Positions 16,691 to 30,586 of a stretch of DNA of 64,000 bases are shown piece by piece. Made by a program: the position numbers and the translations under genes. The stretch comes from Eledone cirrhosa (Eukaryota), in assembly GCA_964016885.1 (NCBI GenBank), contig OZ024753.1:30814001-30878000 (forward strand), read 5' to 3'. Below the pieces are notes generated by a model. The model was not told the DNA's origin, did no database searches, and was given only the letters and a program-made list of their open reading frames with translations. How positions within the stretch are numbered: the first letter of the stretch is position 1; every line of letters starts with the position of its first letter.

Positions 16691-17304
16691 AGTATACACA
16701 AATGTATAATCACACAAACATACATGTATACATATTTATTCATGTGGTCTAACAAGAATTGTTGTGTGTGTGTGTGGGATTGGCAGAATCGTTAGAAGGT
16801 TGGATAGAAAACTTTCTGGCCCTCTACACTGAGTTCAAATCCTGCTGGGGTCAACTCTGCTTTTCACCATTTCAATTCTAGTTACACTGGTTTCGATTTA
16901 GTCGATTTCCCCTTCCCTTCAAATTGCTGGCCTTGTGTTAAATGTAAAAAAAAAAATAATTAAAAGTAGTAGAACATTAGTTATGTCTGTAATATTTGAG
17001 ACACTACTACTTAGGTGTCCAATTCCCTGTCTGGTTGTTAAGATAGAAATGAACGACTCTTCAGCAGCGATTCCTCATCTCTATGAATAAGTCAGTCATT
17101 TTAACACTTTCGTTACCACATTTCACTGGTTTTCAAATACTTTTGAAAATGATAAAAAAAAAAATGGATGGATTTAGGAATATAGGTAACTTATTATTAA
17201 GCTTGTGTTTGCATCATAACTTGAAGGTTTTTACGATGGGACGTTTTTAGATAAATGTAAACACTAAAACAAAGTACCGTAGGACTAACGGCAGATGGAA
17301 TAAT

Positions 17305-17473
17305 AATTGTTTCTACTTTTGGCACAAGGCCAGCAATTACCAGTGTATTACTGGTACTTTATTTTATCGACTCCCCCCCCCCCCCCGTAAGGATGAAAGG
17401 CAAAGTTAACTTTGGCGGGATTTGAACTCGGACTGTAAAGGGGCGTAACTATGCTGCAAAGCATAGCGTCCGA
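17305..17473 (-). mobile_element. Dominant SINE copy
   Basis: Reverse complement of 13252-13436. Confidence 0.85.
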
Positions 17474-17928
17474 ATGGACGGAATAATAAAGAGTTACTAT
17501 TATCTCCATTTGACTACTACTTAGCATTATTCCAGCAGGAATTATCTCCCTTGCATTAGTAACACATTTCCTTTTTCTTTCTCTCTCCTGTTTTCTTAGT
17601 TTTATCCGTATAACTTTCCGACTTTCTCATTAATCATATCGATTCTTGAAGTCAATGAATCAATTGATATCTTATATAGACACTTACACACACACACACA
17701 TTCGTGTGTGTGTATGTTCACGTTTACTATTTGTCTCCCATAAATGAGCGATTCGAAAAAAAGTAAATATTGGAATGATATGATTGACTATGTTCCTTGA
17801 AGGCGGTGTCGAAGACGGATAAAAATCTTGAAAGGCTCCTATTTGTCTTTCTCACACAGCTACTGAAATAATTGACACGATTACCTTTTAAAATGCACAT
17901 ATCGAGATTTATGTATGTTTATTATACA

Positions 17929-18103
17929 TTGGCAGTATCGGTAGAGGGTCAGACATGCTTTCCAGCGTAGTTACGTCCCTTTACGATCTGAGTTCAAATC
18001 CCGCCGAGGTTGACTTTGCCTTTCATCCTTACGGGGTCGATAAAATAAAGTACCAGTAATTCATTGGAATAATTGCTAGCCTTGTGCCAAAAGTAGAAAC
18101 AAT
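17929..18103 (+). mobile_element. Dominant SINE copy
   Basis: A and B boxes, core and tail. Confidence 0.88.
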
Positions 18104-18229
18104 TATACATAAATATATACAATATATTTACGTATAATAAACACATGTTGTATATGGTATTACATACACCTCTAATGAGACACTATCTTAGTGTTACTGG
18201 TAATTAAAGAATATAAAAATATCAATGAG

Positions 18230-18760
18230 AAGTTAACTCGGCAACCATTGGACCGTGGGTTCGATCTCCCTGCGTAGCATCTTGGGCAAGTATCATTTAC
18301 CATAATCTCAGGTGTCCCGTGTCGTGTGGAAACGTGGAAACTGACTGTTTTTGAATCCCGTCGTATGAACTGTACCTGTAGTTCAAGGAGCAACTTTGTT
18401 ACACATCCTGTCAAGCTGAGAATTATGTTATGGTTATACATGTTTGTAGAATGCTCAGCCACCTAAACCTTAATTTCAATAGCAAGCTGTTCCGTTGAGC
18501 GAACAACTAACACTCATTGACGAAATCGACGGAGATCCATCGATCGATCAATTTAGAAGCAGATTTTCAGTTAAACTTATAGCAATGTATTTTGAAATGA
18601 CAGGCAGTATGGGAAATCGTAGAGTTACGGCCCTTTACGGTCTGGGTTCAAATCCCGCCGAGGTTAGCTTAGCCTTTCATCCTTACGAGGTCGATAAAAT
18701 AAAAGCACCAGTAATGCACTGGGATAATTGCTGGCCTTGTGCCAAAAGTAGAAACAATTA
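18230..18760. mobile_element. Composite repeat (interspersed repeat joined to a dominant SINE); inverted homologue at 28040-28545
   Basis: GACGGAGATCCATCGATCGATCAATTTAGAA...TTTTGAAATGACAGG then SINE; reverse complement present at 28253-28545. Confidence 0.7.
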
Positions 18761-19218
18761 TATTTTGAAATGAGTGGGGGTAGAAACATCCTTTAAATGT
18801 TCTATATAGAAGAAAATCTACACAAGCAATACAGCAATAGTTATGTTGAAAAATTAAGAGCAATTATTACAAGGATGAGAGGAGCAAAGGGTTGATATGT
18901 CAAACAATTCTATAGTCATATATAATTAAAAGAAAATATTGTAATAGGACAATAGAAAATTTGTTGACATATAAACAGCTATGTTGACACATTACTAGCT
19001 ATATTGACATATTGCCAGCAATGTTAGACACATTACTAGCTATGTTGACACATTGCAACACTGGTCTTAGTAGGAAAGAGTCTTTATGTTTCGGACACTA
19101 GTCTGTTATCAGAAGACAGGATGAGAAATAAAAGACGAAATAGAAAGATAAAGTGAGAAGAAGGAACAGAAATAATTTTATTTTTTATTTTTTTAGAAAA
19201 AGCACGTGTTTCAGTCAG

Positions 19219-19292
<74 letters not shown>

Positions 19293-19837
19293 AAAGGGAG
19301 AGAGTAGGGAAATGTGCGGAAATATAAAAAAAAAAATGATATTATTAACAGCAGGATTCAACTAATTATTGCATATAAAAACATTGAAATTCTATGTATT
19401 ATTATTAAACTCCATTTAACATTTCCCAACATGCCATATATATATATACCTTGTGTATATGTATGCATGTATATATATATATACCTTGTGTATATGTATA
19501 TATATATATATATATATATGCATTCTTTCCTCTTTCCTGTCCATTAGTTCAGTTAGTCAAAGAAGTAAGGTTAAGTCGTTAAAATGAAAATAGAGCAGGG
19601 GTCATTTCCAGTAGGAAGTTATAACAATAGTAGCAGTAGTATTATTGGTGGTAGTAGTAGTGGAGGAAACAATCCTTTACAAATATGTCACAGGATAAAC
19701 AGGTAATAAATATATACGCACATACGATATAAATAAACAAATGCATGTATATATATGTGTGTGACATATATATAGATATATAAGTATGTATACACATATA
19801 TGCACACTTACATACATACATACACAGATACTTACAA

Positions 19838-19870
<33 letters not shown>

Positions 19871-20139
19871 ATTATTGCCTGAAGTAACGTTTCTTTGAAA
19901 ACCCCACTTCACACCGAAACAAGACAACAAACGAATCCGGATGTAGCATTCATTACAAAGAAGCACATTTTTTATGCTGACAAATTGAATTAAAATAGCT
20001 CATAAAAGATTAACCCTTTTGTGACCATATCACTAAGGAAATGAACTGTTTTTTTTCTTTTCTTTTATTAACTAACGAAGAACGGGGAAGGATTTACTAA
20101 AATTATTAATGATTTCATTTTAAAATGGTATATGTGTGG

Positions 20140-20602
20140 TGAATTGCGAGAATCGATAGAGAGTTTGATAAAAATTCTTTGTGGCATATAGTTACGTCTC
20201 TTTACGTTCTGTGTTCAAATTTCACAGAGGTTAGCTTTGCCTTTCACCCTTAAGGCGTCGATAAAATAAAGTACCAGAGATCTATTCGATTTAATGGAGT
20301 TTTCCCACCCCACCAAATTGTTGGTCTTGTGACTAACTCAGAAACCATTATTATAGCACCAGTAATGCACTGGGTAATTGCTGGCCTTGTGCCTAAAGTA
20401 GAAACAATTATTATAGCGGTGGAGTGGCAGTATAGGTAGAAGGTCGGACGCCATGCTTTCTAGCATAGTTACGTCCCTTTACGGTCTGAGTTGAAATCCC
20501 GTCGAGGTTAACTTTGCTTTTCATCCTTACGGGGTCGATAAAATAAAGTACCAGTAATGTACTGGATAATTGCTGGCCTTGTGCCAAAAGTAGAAACAAT
20601 TA
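20140..20602 (+). mobile_element. Tandem cluster of dominant SINE copies
   Basis: Diverged copy, an isolated tail, then a full copy at 20415-20602. Confidence 0.85.
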
Positions 20603-21787
20603 TATGCTTTAAGGTGGTGGATTTCCAGTATTGGTAGAGCGTTGAACCCTTTGGATGAGGTTGACACTGATGGAATTTGTATTCAGGGTGCAGAAATCCA
20701 TAACAAATGCTGCGACATTTATTACCAACTGAAAGGGCTTACATTTTACAGATAGGAAAGGTCTGTTATTAGATTTTTTACGAGTATAATTACTAGTACT
20801 GATTTTATTATTTTATCGACATGTTTTATGTTCATCTCTGAACGAATAAATCGGTAGGTTAAATTTTGTTTTCAGAGTCTTTTCAGCTCGATCTATGAAA
20901 CATTAATACATCGTTGTCATTTCCAGCAGATATATTAGCGCAGTACACTATATCTTCTTGAAGACATTAGTAGCACGGCTGCTGCATATTGGCAGAGAGG
21001 TTTTGTGCATCTTGTGTGTCATCATCATCATCATCATCACACCATTTTACGTCCGTTCTTCACGCTAGCATGGGTTAGACGGGTTGTCCTGTTGTGGGCA
21101 GTGTCCAGTCGGTTGACTTTGTCTTGCTCATACGGGAACTGATTCTGGCTTGATTTCTACAGCTGGATGCCCTTCCTAACATCAACCTCATTTACAGTGA
21201 GTGCTGGGTGCTTTTTTTTTTCGTGGCGCCTACACGACCACTTTACAGTGTGGACTGGGTGCTTTTTTGCCGTGGCACCTCCACGATCACTTGGTAGGGG
21301 ATGTGGGCATATTGTCTATATGGTTCAGCTTCGGCTTGTACCCGTGGGAAGTGGGGTCTTCTGTATTGCTGCGTGTCAGATTTTACTATTGATTCTAACT
21401 ATAATGATGACGAAGTTACCAGATTAAAACTAGATAATTTTTATTGCTTTTATTGAAAGATTTGTGAAACTAATGGGTTTTTTTTTCGACGTGTTTGTTT
21501 ATTAGGTTTAGAAATCATCGGGCGATATTTAAACCAACATTTAAGCTAAATGATGGTTTATATCATCTGATTTTCTTGTTTTAATTTTTGTTAATGGTTG
21601 TATTTTTCTATCTCGGTGCGTAATATATATTTCATTAATTCTACTTCTAAGTAATGCGTCTTATTATTCCGCAGCGTAGAATACAATTGTGTGTATGTAT
21701 GCACGTATACCTTTGCGCGTACGCGTGTATGACTGTGCTGACATGGGAGTGTATGTGTCCTATAAATTCATTATTTATTTATACGAT

Positions 21788-21970
21788 GGATTGGCAGTAT
21801 CGGTAGAGAGTCGGACGCCATGCTTTGACGCATAGTTACGGCCCTTGCCATTCTGAGTTCAAATCCCGCCGAGGTTAACTTTGCCTTTCATCCTTACGGG
21901 GGTCGATAAAATAAAGTACCAGTAATGCACTGGGTAATTGCTGGCCTTGTTCCAAAAGTAGAAACAATTA
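21788..21970 (+). mobile_element. Dominant SINE copy
   Basis: A and B boxes, core and tail. Confidence 0.9.
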
Positions 21971-22552
21971 TTTATTTATATATTTATTCAATTGAGCAAG
22001 TACGTGTGTGTGTGTGTGTGTGTGTCAACGCAGTTCCGGTTTTAAGTATGTATGTATGTGTGTGTGTGTGTCAACACAGTTCTGGTTTTATGTATGTATG
22101 TGTGTGTGTATGTATATATGTGTGTCAGTGAATGTTTCCACATGCACAAATATATACATATTTCATTCCATTTACGCAACATATACCAGTATGTTTTCAT
22201 ATATATATATATATATTGTAATCACGTTTTGTAATATTTTCTAGAACACTCTATATATTTCAATATAAGATTCCATTATTTTATACTTCTCAGGTTAACA
22301 TAAATCATAAACTTAATCTGTCACCTAGTTTAATACGGCCATCAGAATCGATAGATAGATAGGACGGTCAAGATATCTGCTGTGGTTTATCTTATTTCGA
22401 AACGAAGAGTGTTAAGCGGAAGTGAAAGATTCTGGCCATTTCTTTTTTCTTTTTGAATTTCAAGGCGTAGAAAGTAGGGCAACGCAATGCCGCGGGCGTA
22501 GAAGACCACCATCTAAATAGTTTAGTTATTTACGAAGCGCTATTATTAGTCA

Positions 22553-22731
22553 TTGGCAGTATCAGTAGAGGGTCGGACGCCATGCTTTCCAGCATAGTTA
22601 CGTCCCTTTACGATCTGAGTTCAAATCCCGCCGAGGTTGACTTTGTCTTTCATCCTTACGGGGTCGATAAAATAAAGTACCAGTAATGCACTGGGTATTT
22701 GTTGGCCTTGTGCCTAAAGTAGAAACAATTA
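22553..22731 (+). mobile_element. Dominant SINE copy
   Basis: A and B boxes, core and tail. Confidence 0.9.
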
Positions 22732-23122
22732 TTAGTCGTATATTGAAGGGCGTAGGATTTTTAGAATTGACCGATTTTAGAAAAGATCGATTAGTAATAA
22801 ATTATATAATCATAAACCTTTATATTCTGAGTTCAAATCACAATGAGTTGTGTTCTGCTTTTCATCCTTCAAGTCTATGATAAAATTAATATATAACGCT
22901 GATTGAGATGGTGGTGGAGGTGGTGAATTTGATCGGCTATATCGTCTCCCTACAAAATCTTCCATTTTTTTTCTATGTTGACGGAGGCGGGGTGTACATT
23001 TGTTTAAATTCTTATAATAAGCAGGGAGGGGGATGGGGGTGGTTAGAAAAAACCGGCGGGAGGGGGACTGGTAATTGTAATGTGTACGTTCGTAAATATG
23101 GGATTTCTTGTAATGTTCTTAT

Positions 23123-23493
23123 ATATTTGAAAAAGAGGAAAAGAATGACTTCACCTGCAGTGTTAAATAATTTGATTTAATTTTATAATATTATGAGTTG
23201 GTAGATCTAGTAAGTTCTTTGTTAACTTCGGTAGGAAAAATTTTAAAGATTCCTGGTTAACTTTGCTGGAGAACTTTCTCGCATTCGTCGGTGACGATTG
23301 TCGTGCGAGAAAGTTCTCCAACAAAGTTAACCAGGAATCTTTGTTAACTTCGGTGGGAAGAATTTTAAAGAACTTACTAGATCTACCAACTCATAATATT
23401 ATAAAATTAAATCAAATTATTTAACACTACAATGAAGTCATTCTTTTCCTTTTTTTCAAATATACCTAATTGTACCAAGGATCTCACACATTT

Positions 23494-23498
<5 letters not shown>
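23123..23498 (+). mobile_element. Fold-back PLE-like insertion (family B) with a 34-nt tail
   Basis: Inverted arms about 23123-23283 and 23304-23464, unpaired tail 23465-23498, then (TA)n; homologous to 37541-37740. Confidence 0.8.
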
Positions 23499-23524
<26 letters not shown>

Positions 23525-23530
<6 letters not shown>

Positions 23531-23687
23531 ATATAGAAATAGTTTCTACAGGACTAGAACTGTTTCATTCGAAGGAAATCATCAGGATGATAAATGAAAC
23601 AGTTCTAGTCCTGTAGAAGCCATTGCTATATTAAATATTTATACTCTATGTATTGAGTACCTTACGTATTGAACCCGGGATACACAT
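23525..23687 (+). mobile_element. Fold-back PLE-like insertion (family C) with HHR
   Basis: Arms 23525-23569 and 23593-23637; the loop holds TCATCAG (CUGAUGA on the - strand); TA-flanked. Confidence 0.8.
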
Positions 23688-23704
23688 ATCCATATATATA
23701 TATG

Positions 23705-23784
<80 letters not shown>

Positions 23785-23884
23785 ATAATTGTTTCTACTT
23801 TAGGCACAAGGCCAGCAATTACCCAGTACATTACTGGTACTTTATTTTATCGACCCCGTAAGGATGAAAGACAAAGTTAATATA

Positions 23885-24103
23885 GTAATAATAATAAATG
23901 TGAAAACTAAAATCCAAAGAGGGCTCGATAAGGATAAATATATATCAAATATATAAGAACCGTAGAGCAAATATTTATTAAAATAACAGATTAAAGTTTA
24001 AGCAAAGAATCGCTGCTTTCACCCTTAACGGGATCTTCTGACCCGTTAATGGTGAAAGCAGCGATTCTTTGCTTAAACTTTAATCTGTTATTTTAATAAA
24101 TAT
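23885..24103 (-). mobile_element. Fold-back PLE-like insertion (family D) with variant HHR
   Basis: Arms 23971-24032 and 24042-24103, tail about 85 nt; homologues at 37755-37900, 48812-48920 and 56015-56295. Confidence 0.8.
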
Positions 24104-24119
24104 ATATTATATATATATT

Positions 24120-24282
24120 TCTGATTTCGCCCTGCCCGTCCCTTCAATCTTTCTAATTTCTCATTCTTTCTTCTGATGAAAGGCTAGCGTCCGAAACGTT
24201 AGCACCCTCTTCTGGCTATTTCAAGCGTTAAACTAATATATTTCTTCCATATACAGTACCGATTGTGTTATTTCTGTTTACT

Positions 24283-24285
<3 letters not shown>
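24120..24285 (+). mobile_element. Penelope-like element 3' end with minimal HHR motif (family A)
   Basis: CTGATGA at 24173-24179, GAAACGTT at 24193-24200; homologous to 2285-2505; lies between TA and CA tracts. Confidence 0.65.
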
Positions 24286-24333
<48 letters not shown>

Positions 24334-24624
24334 CACACACAGAAGTAGAATATTGTAGCAAAATATAGTAGCCACCACAATGTAACTGGGTGTTATTGTA
24401 TTTAAGTTTCAGCGTTATTCCCGAGGAGATTGTAAAATTGAAACTCAAGTCATATTCCGCTCCATTGTATTAGTCAGCATTTGTTTATTCTGTTATATAT
24501 ATATGTTGACCTTGTGGTAAACAGGCGAAACTTCAGTGTAACAAGACTCACTTTTTAGCCTTAATATAGATAAATATTAAAACTCTACTTCGGTATTGAG
24601 TACTCCTTTCTCTCAGCCGTCAAT

Positions 24625-24690
<66 letters not shown>

Positions 24691-24802
24691 TTTATCCCGG
24701 GTTCAATCGGGGGTAACCACAGTAAGTAAGGTACTCAACACATAGCAGAGTATAAATATTATATATATATATATATGTATGTATGTTTGTATATGTGTGT
24801 GT

Positions 24803-24851
24803 GCTTCCTGATGATTTCTCCCGAATGAAACAGTTCTAGTCCTGTAGAAGC
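24803..24851 (+). ncRNA. Type I hammerhead ribozyme (family C)
   Basis: GCTTC-CTGATGA-t TTC tccc GAA t-GAA-ACAG ttctagtc CTGT-A-GAAGC: stems I, II and III close; GUA cleavage triplet at 24844-24846. Confidence 0.75.
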
Positions 24852-24855
24852 TATA

Positions 24856-24895
<40 letters not shown>

Positions 24896-25343
24896 GAGAG
24901 AGAGAGTAACCTTTACAATGGGAGATTCCTAAGAGAACAGTCTAAAGTAAGCCCTGTTTGCAGATCTACGCATGCGTGAAAATCTACACCACTTGAGAAC
25001 AGCAATGGATGGTTCTTCCATCCACTAACAGGTGAATAATTTTTTATACTTTCAAAGAAGCCATCTGACGATGTATATATATATATATACATACACACAT
25101 ACACAAATGACTGAGCAGTTAGAGAATTGGATTCGCAATCGTGAGGTTGTGAGTTGGATTCCCAGACCGAGCGATACGTTATGTCATTGAGCAAGACATT
25201 TTATTTCACGTTGCTCCTTCTGCTTGGCTTTACGACCGGTAGGTAGTATTAGCAATTGGAAACATTATTTCCTCGGTCCCATTTGACGAGCTCCATCCCA
25301 CTCGTTAAACGAATGAGGTGTGGGATCTTGTCGATCGACTATT

Positions 25344-25386
<43 letters not shown>

Positions 25387-25391
25387 GTACA

Positions 25392-25525
25392 TAATTGTTT
25401 CTACTTGAGGCACAAGGCCAGAAATTACCCAGTGCATTACTGGTACTTTATTTTATCGACCCCGTAAGGATGAAAGGCAAAGTCAACCTCGGCGGGATTT
25501 GAACTCAGATCGTAAAGGGATGTAA
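25392..25525 (-). mobile_element. Dominant SINE copy (truncated)
   Basis: Reverse complement of tail, core and B box. Confidence 0.85.
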
Positions 25526-26907
25526 ATGACGATATTATCCATTTTATAGTTATTAGATTCTTGCCTGCTATTTCTAGCGACCACCTACTGACGCTCTTCA
25601 GAACAAGTAAAATATTTCCGTACGTTTTGTACGTAAATTCGAAAATATATTCAGAAAATATATTAACATAGCATAACGTAGAAACAAATTTAATTAAAGT
25701 TACAAAAAAATCTTATATATTTCTTTAGAAAAGAAAAAAAAAAAAATGGGGCGAGAAACATGCATTTACTATTTTTTTGGGAGGCTATTCTTAATTTAGT
25801 TCAGTTCTTTCTCACTTTTGCACTATTTGTTACAATGTAGAAACTCAGTCTGAGAGAGAGAGAGATGGGCCATGGTGAAACCAATCTTAAAAAAAACTAC
25901 AAAGATTGGAAGTTTAATATATGTTTAGTCTATCAAATATAAAGAAAATCTTTGAGAATATGGAAGCTACGAAAAGATTTAATTACAGAAACTGTTTAAA
26001 AATTTCCCTTGATTCCTCTTTTCTTTTTCGTTTTCTTATGCATAATTTGCCTCCCATAGGACTTCAATATTTGGAATTTAAAAAAATTTTTTAGTTCATA
26101 TCATTTTTTTTAATTAGTTGTTTCACCAACTGTAAGGAGTACTCGATACTTCCCCCAGTCTGTCATGGCTTACGAGCTCGATACGGACATTTAAATTGAA
26201 TAAATAAATAAATGTATATATATATATGAAGTTTATTACGAATTTCAATATGTATTTATTACATTTTGAAATAGAATCTTCCACTTTCGCGTCGCACCTA
26301 ATTACATCTCGCGACGCTCCTGATAATACCTCGAAGCAAGTCTAAAATCTCGTGGTGCACCAGTATACCGTGACACATAGTTAAGAACCTGACATTGAAG
26401 CTACTTCACTGGCTGTAATTTCTATGTAGTTTACTTGCAGAATATAACAACCAAGGAACTCGTTTCAATCAGCTTCTTTTACTTTACTAACTATTTAATA
26501 AACTAATGGAAATTAGACAATCTTTCTCAAATTTGTGTTAACCAGGGATTTTTGTAATACGTCACAGTGGTGGTGGTGGTATTGGAGCTGGCAGTAACAG
26601 TAATGTTGTTGTTGTTGGTGGTATTGATGGTAGTTGTGGTAGTGTTGGAGCTAGTGGTGGTATTGGTGATAGTTGTGGTAGTGGTGTAGACAGATAAACA
26701 AATACAGACAGACATACAAATAAATAGGTAGATATATAGATAAAGAGAGGCAAATAGACAGGCAGGTAGGTAGATAAATAGACGAACAGATAAATAAATA
26801 GATACCTTTCTTTATTTGCCACAAGGGCGTACAAGAAATGGGACATTATAGATAGTTAGATAGGTGTGCGAGTTTACCCCTATTTTTTTCTTTTTTTTAA
26901 ATATATA

Positions 26908-27066
26908 CAGTGAAATTTCATTATAACGAAAGTCACGGGGTATAAAAGAATTCGTTGTAATGAAAAATTCTTTATAACGAGATCTACCTAACACATTGAA
27001 CGTGTGGCCGGGTATTGAAAAAAATTTCGTTATACTGAAAATTTCGTTATAACGGAATTTTACCTG
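26908..27066. mobile_element. Tc1/mariner(pogo)-like MITE
   Basis: TA|CAGTGAAATTTCATTATAACGAA ... TTCGTTATAACGGAATTTTACCTG|TA, with internal TTCGTTATAA subrepeats. Confidence 0.7.
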
Positions 27067-27717
27067 TATTGCCTTCACTTGAATGCGTAATTATTTGAAA
27101 TTAACGTTAATAAATATAAAGATTGAGCATTGTCTCAAAAATGAATAACACCCGCCTACAACTGAAATTAGATCCTGGTGAACTTTGTCTTATGACCTCT
27201 AACCAACGAATAAAAAAACACTATTATTAATTTGACAACACCTTTCCTGTTCATTCTTAAGTAGTAAAGAGTGACAAGTAATGGTAATGATATCATTTAC
27301 CAAACTTTATCGACCCTAGAATAGAATTCCACGAACAGGCATGTCCAACCGTCTTCGAGCAGTGGGCCGCATAGGATGTGATTCATCATAAGGCGGCCCA
27401 CACTACTACACAATTCTAGGAAATTTTGAAATTAGGCGTGCCATTGGGCCGCTTGAGTCCCACGAGTCTGTTTTGCTCATGACTGAATTAGAACAACAAC
27501 AATAGCAACAGCAAAAACAACGGCAAGTGTAGCAACAAAAAGCAGAACTACTACATCAAAATAAACAGCACTAATATCACAAACAACAATAACAACACAA
27601 TCAATAGCTAGCACTATATTAACAACGCAATAATACGCCTGCATTGGGTTAAAATGATTCATAACATTGCTCACACTTAAGCATTATATAACATATATAA
27701 CATTATATAACATAAAG

Positions 27718-28253
27718 GGTGGTGAATTGGCAGTATCGGTAGAGGGTCGGACGCCATGCTTTGACGCATAGAGTTACGGCCCTTGCCATTCTGAGTTCAA
27801 ATCCTGCCGAGGTTAACTTTGCCTTTCATCCTTACGGGGTCGATAAAATAAAGTACCAGTAATACACTGAGAAATTGCTGGCCTTGTGCCAAAAGTAGAA
27901 ACAATTATATAACATATAGGCAGTATCGGTAGAGGGTCGGGCGCTATGCTTTGAAGCATAAAATAAAGTACCAGTCATGCACTGAGATAATTGCTGGCCT
28001 GGTGCCAAAAGTAGAAACAGTTATATAACATATAGTTCTAAAGAAATATTTCTAGTATAGACACAAGGTCAGCAATTTTGGGGGAGAGGAAAGTCGATTA
28101 AATCAACCCCAGTACGTTACTGGTACTTTATTTTATTGACCCCGTAAGGATAAAAGGCAAAGTTAACCTCGACGGGATTTGAACCAAGGCCGTAAAGGGC
28201 CGTAACTCTAAGCTGCGAAGCAGGATGTTCGACGTTCTACCGATACTGCCAAT
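27718..28253. mobile_element. Dominant SINE cluster (two + copies, one - copy)
   Basis: 27718-27907 (+), internally deleted 27918-28023 (+), 28040-28253 (-). Confidence 0.85.
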
Positions 28254-29261
28254 GTACCACCTGTCACTTCAAAATACATTGCTATAAGTTTAACTGAAAA
28301 TCTGTTTCTAAATTGATCGATCGATGGATCTCCGTCAGTTTCGTCAATGAGTGTTCGCTTAACGGAACAGCTTGCTCTTGAAATTAACGTATAGGTGGCT
28401 GAGCATTCCATAAACATGTAAAACCTTAACGTAATTCTCATGGAGACTCAGCGTGACACGGTGTGTAACAAAGTTGGTCCTTTGAACAACAGGTACAGTT
28501 CATTCGACGGGATTCAAAAACAGTCTGTCTACATGTTTTCACACATAAGACTGTAAAGGGCCGTGACTCTATGCTGCAAAGCATGGCGTTCGACCTTCTA
28601 CCGATACAGCCAATCCACCGCAGAAATATAGTACGAAAGAAGGCAGCAATTTGAGAAGAAAGAACGAAAAAGACATAGATAATATATATTTTCATAAATG
28701 TATGTTTAATCCATCAAACAACGAAAAATGAACAGAAAACTTAAGTTCCTATAAACGCCCAGCTGACGATAATTATTTGTATATGTGTTTGCATACGCTC
28801 CACATCATTCTTGCGTCTCAGTCTTTCTCACTCTTTATTCCTCTCAGAATGTATACTCCTCCTTCAAACCATATGTTAAGTTAATTCTCTCTCTTTCTAT
28901 TTCTTTCTCTCTCACACACACACATTGTTACCCCTCCTTTCTAATCTCTATCTCTCCCTATAAATATATATCGTCAAACGTGACATAGGGTCAAGGAACC
29001 AACACGTATTATGTGTGAATGCAATGCAAAATACGTCGATGCAATGTAATATGAAATCTACGTAACACCACGGCTGCAGCAAGACGCCGTCCGTCTACAC
29101 AATGCCAAAACATTGTAACAGATTGGTTGTTGTTTTACTGAAAGGATTGGTGTAAAGTTTCCAAGGGTGTTTGAATTTAATTTATGGCTAGTGAGAGGGA
29201 TGTTTGATTGTAGAATCATGATTTTGCTCAAGTTCGTGGATAGCATGGGTTTAGCTTAGAT

Positions 29262-30146
29262 TTGTTTTAGTTCTAGTTAAGACATACGTTCTTAGTTATA
29301 TATAAGGGATACTGGTTTTGTTTTAGTCCTAGTTAAGACATACGATCTTAGTTATATCTAAGGGATACTGGTTTTGTTTTAGTCCTTGTTAAGACATACG
29401 ATCTTAGTTATATCTAAGGGATACTGGTTTTGTTTTAGTCCTTGTTAAGACATACGATCTTAGTTATATATAAGGGATACTGGTTTTGTTTTAGTCCTTG
29501 TTAAGACATACGATCTTAGTTATATCTAAGGGATACTGGTTTTGTTTTAGTCCTTGTTAAGACATACGATCTTAGTTATATCTAAGGGATACTGGTTTTG
29601 TTTTAGTCCTTGTTAAGACATACGATCTTAGTTATATCTAAGGGATACTGGTTTTGTTTTAGTCCTTGTTAAGACATACGATCTTAGTTATATATAAGGG
29701 ATACTGGTTTTGTTTTAGTCCTTGTTAAGACATACGATCTTAGTTATATCTAAGGGATACTGGTTTTGTTTTAGTCCTTGTTAAGGCATACGATCTTAGT
29801 TATATCTAAGGGATACTGGTTTTGTTTTAGTCCTTGTTAAGACATACGATCTTAGTTATATATAAGGGATACTGGTTTTGTTTTAGTCCTTGTTAAGACA
29901 TACGATCTTAGTTATATCTAAGGGATACTGGTTTTGTTTTAGTCCTTGTTAAGACATACGATCTTAGTTATATCTAAGGGATACTGGTTTTGTTTTAGTC
30001 CTTGTTAAGACATACGATCTTAGTTATATCTAAGGGATACTGGTTTTGTTTTAGTCCTTGTTAAGACATACGATCTTAGTTATATATAAGGGATACTGGT
30101 TTTGTTTTAGTCCTTGTTAAGACATACGATCTTAGTTATATCTAAG
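29262..30146. repeat. 56-bp minisatellite, about 16 near-identical copies
   Basis: Unit TAAGGGATACTGGTTTTGTTTTAGTCCTTGTTAAGACATACGATCTTAGTTATATC; period 56 (29471 to 29527). Confidence 0.97.
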
Positions 30147-30402
30147 AGTTGTTGGTTTCTGTTAAGGCATATACGATGTTTTTAATAATTGAAAAGAAAC
30201 TAATGAACATTTTCTGAAACATAATTAGAATAACGTAAAATTATGTATGACTAACAATGGTTAAGGTTCTCTGAATATCACAACACGTGATGGTCATTTT
30301 CATAGTAGAGTTTAGTTAATTGTTCTATTTCATCTGTCGTTAATTAAGCACAAATTAACATGTACATACGGATGATTACATGCGCGCGCGCACACACACA
30401 CA

Positions 30403-30451
<49 letters not shown>

Positions 30452-30537
30452 TTGTGTATACACGGTATATATACACACACGGTGTCCCACACTTCAACAG
30501 CATTCTAATCAATGTATACATTTTTTGGGGAAACACC

Positions 30538-30586
<49 letters not shown>

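Noticed and set aside
29262-30146. CRISPR-like array
   Set aside because: Contiguous identical units without spacers, no cas genes, eukaryotic context.
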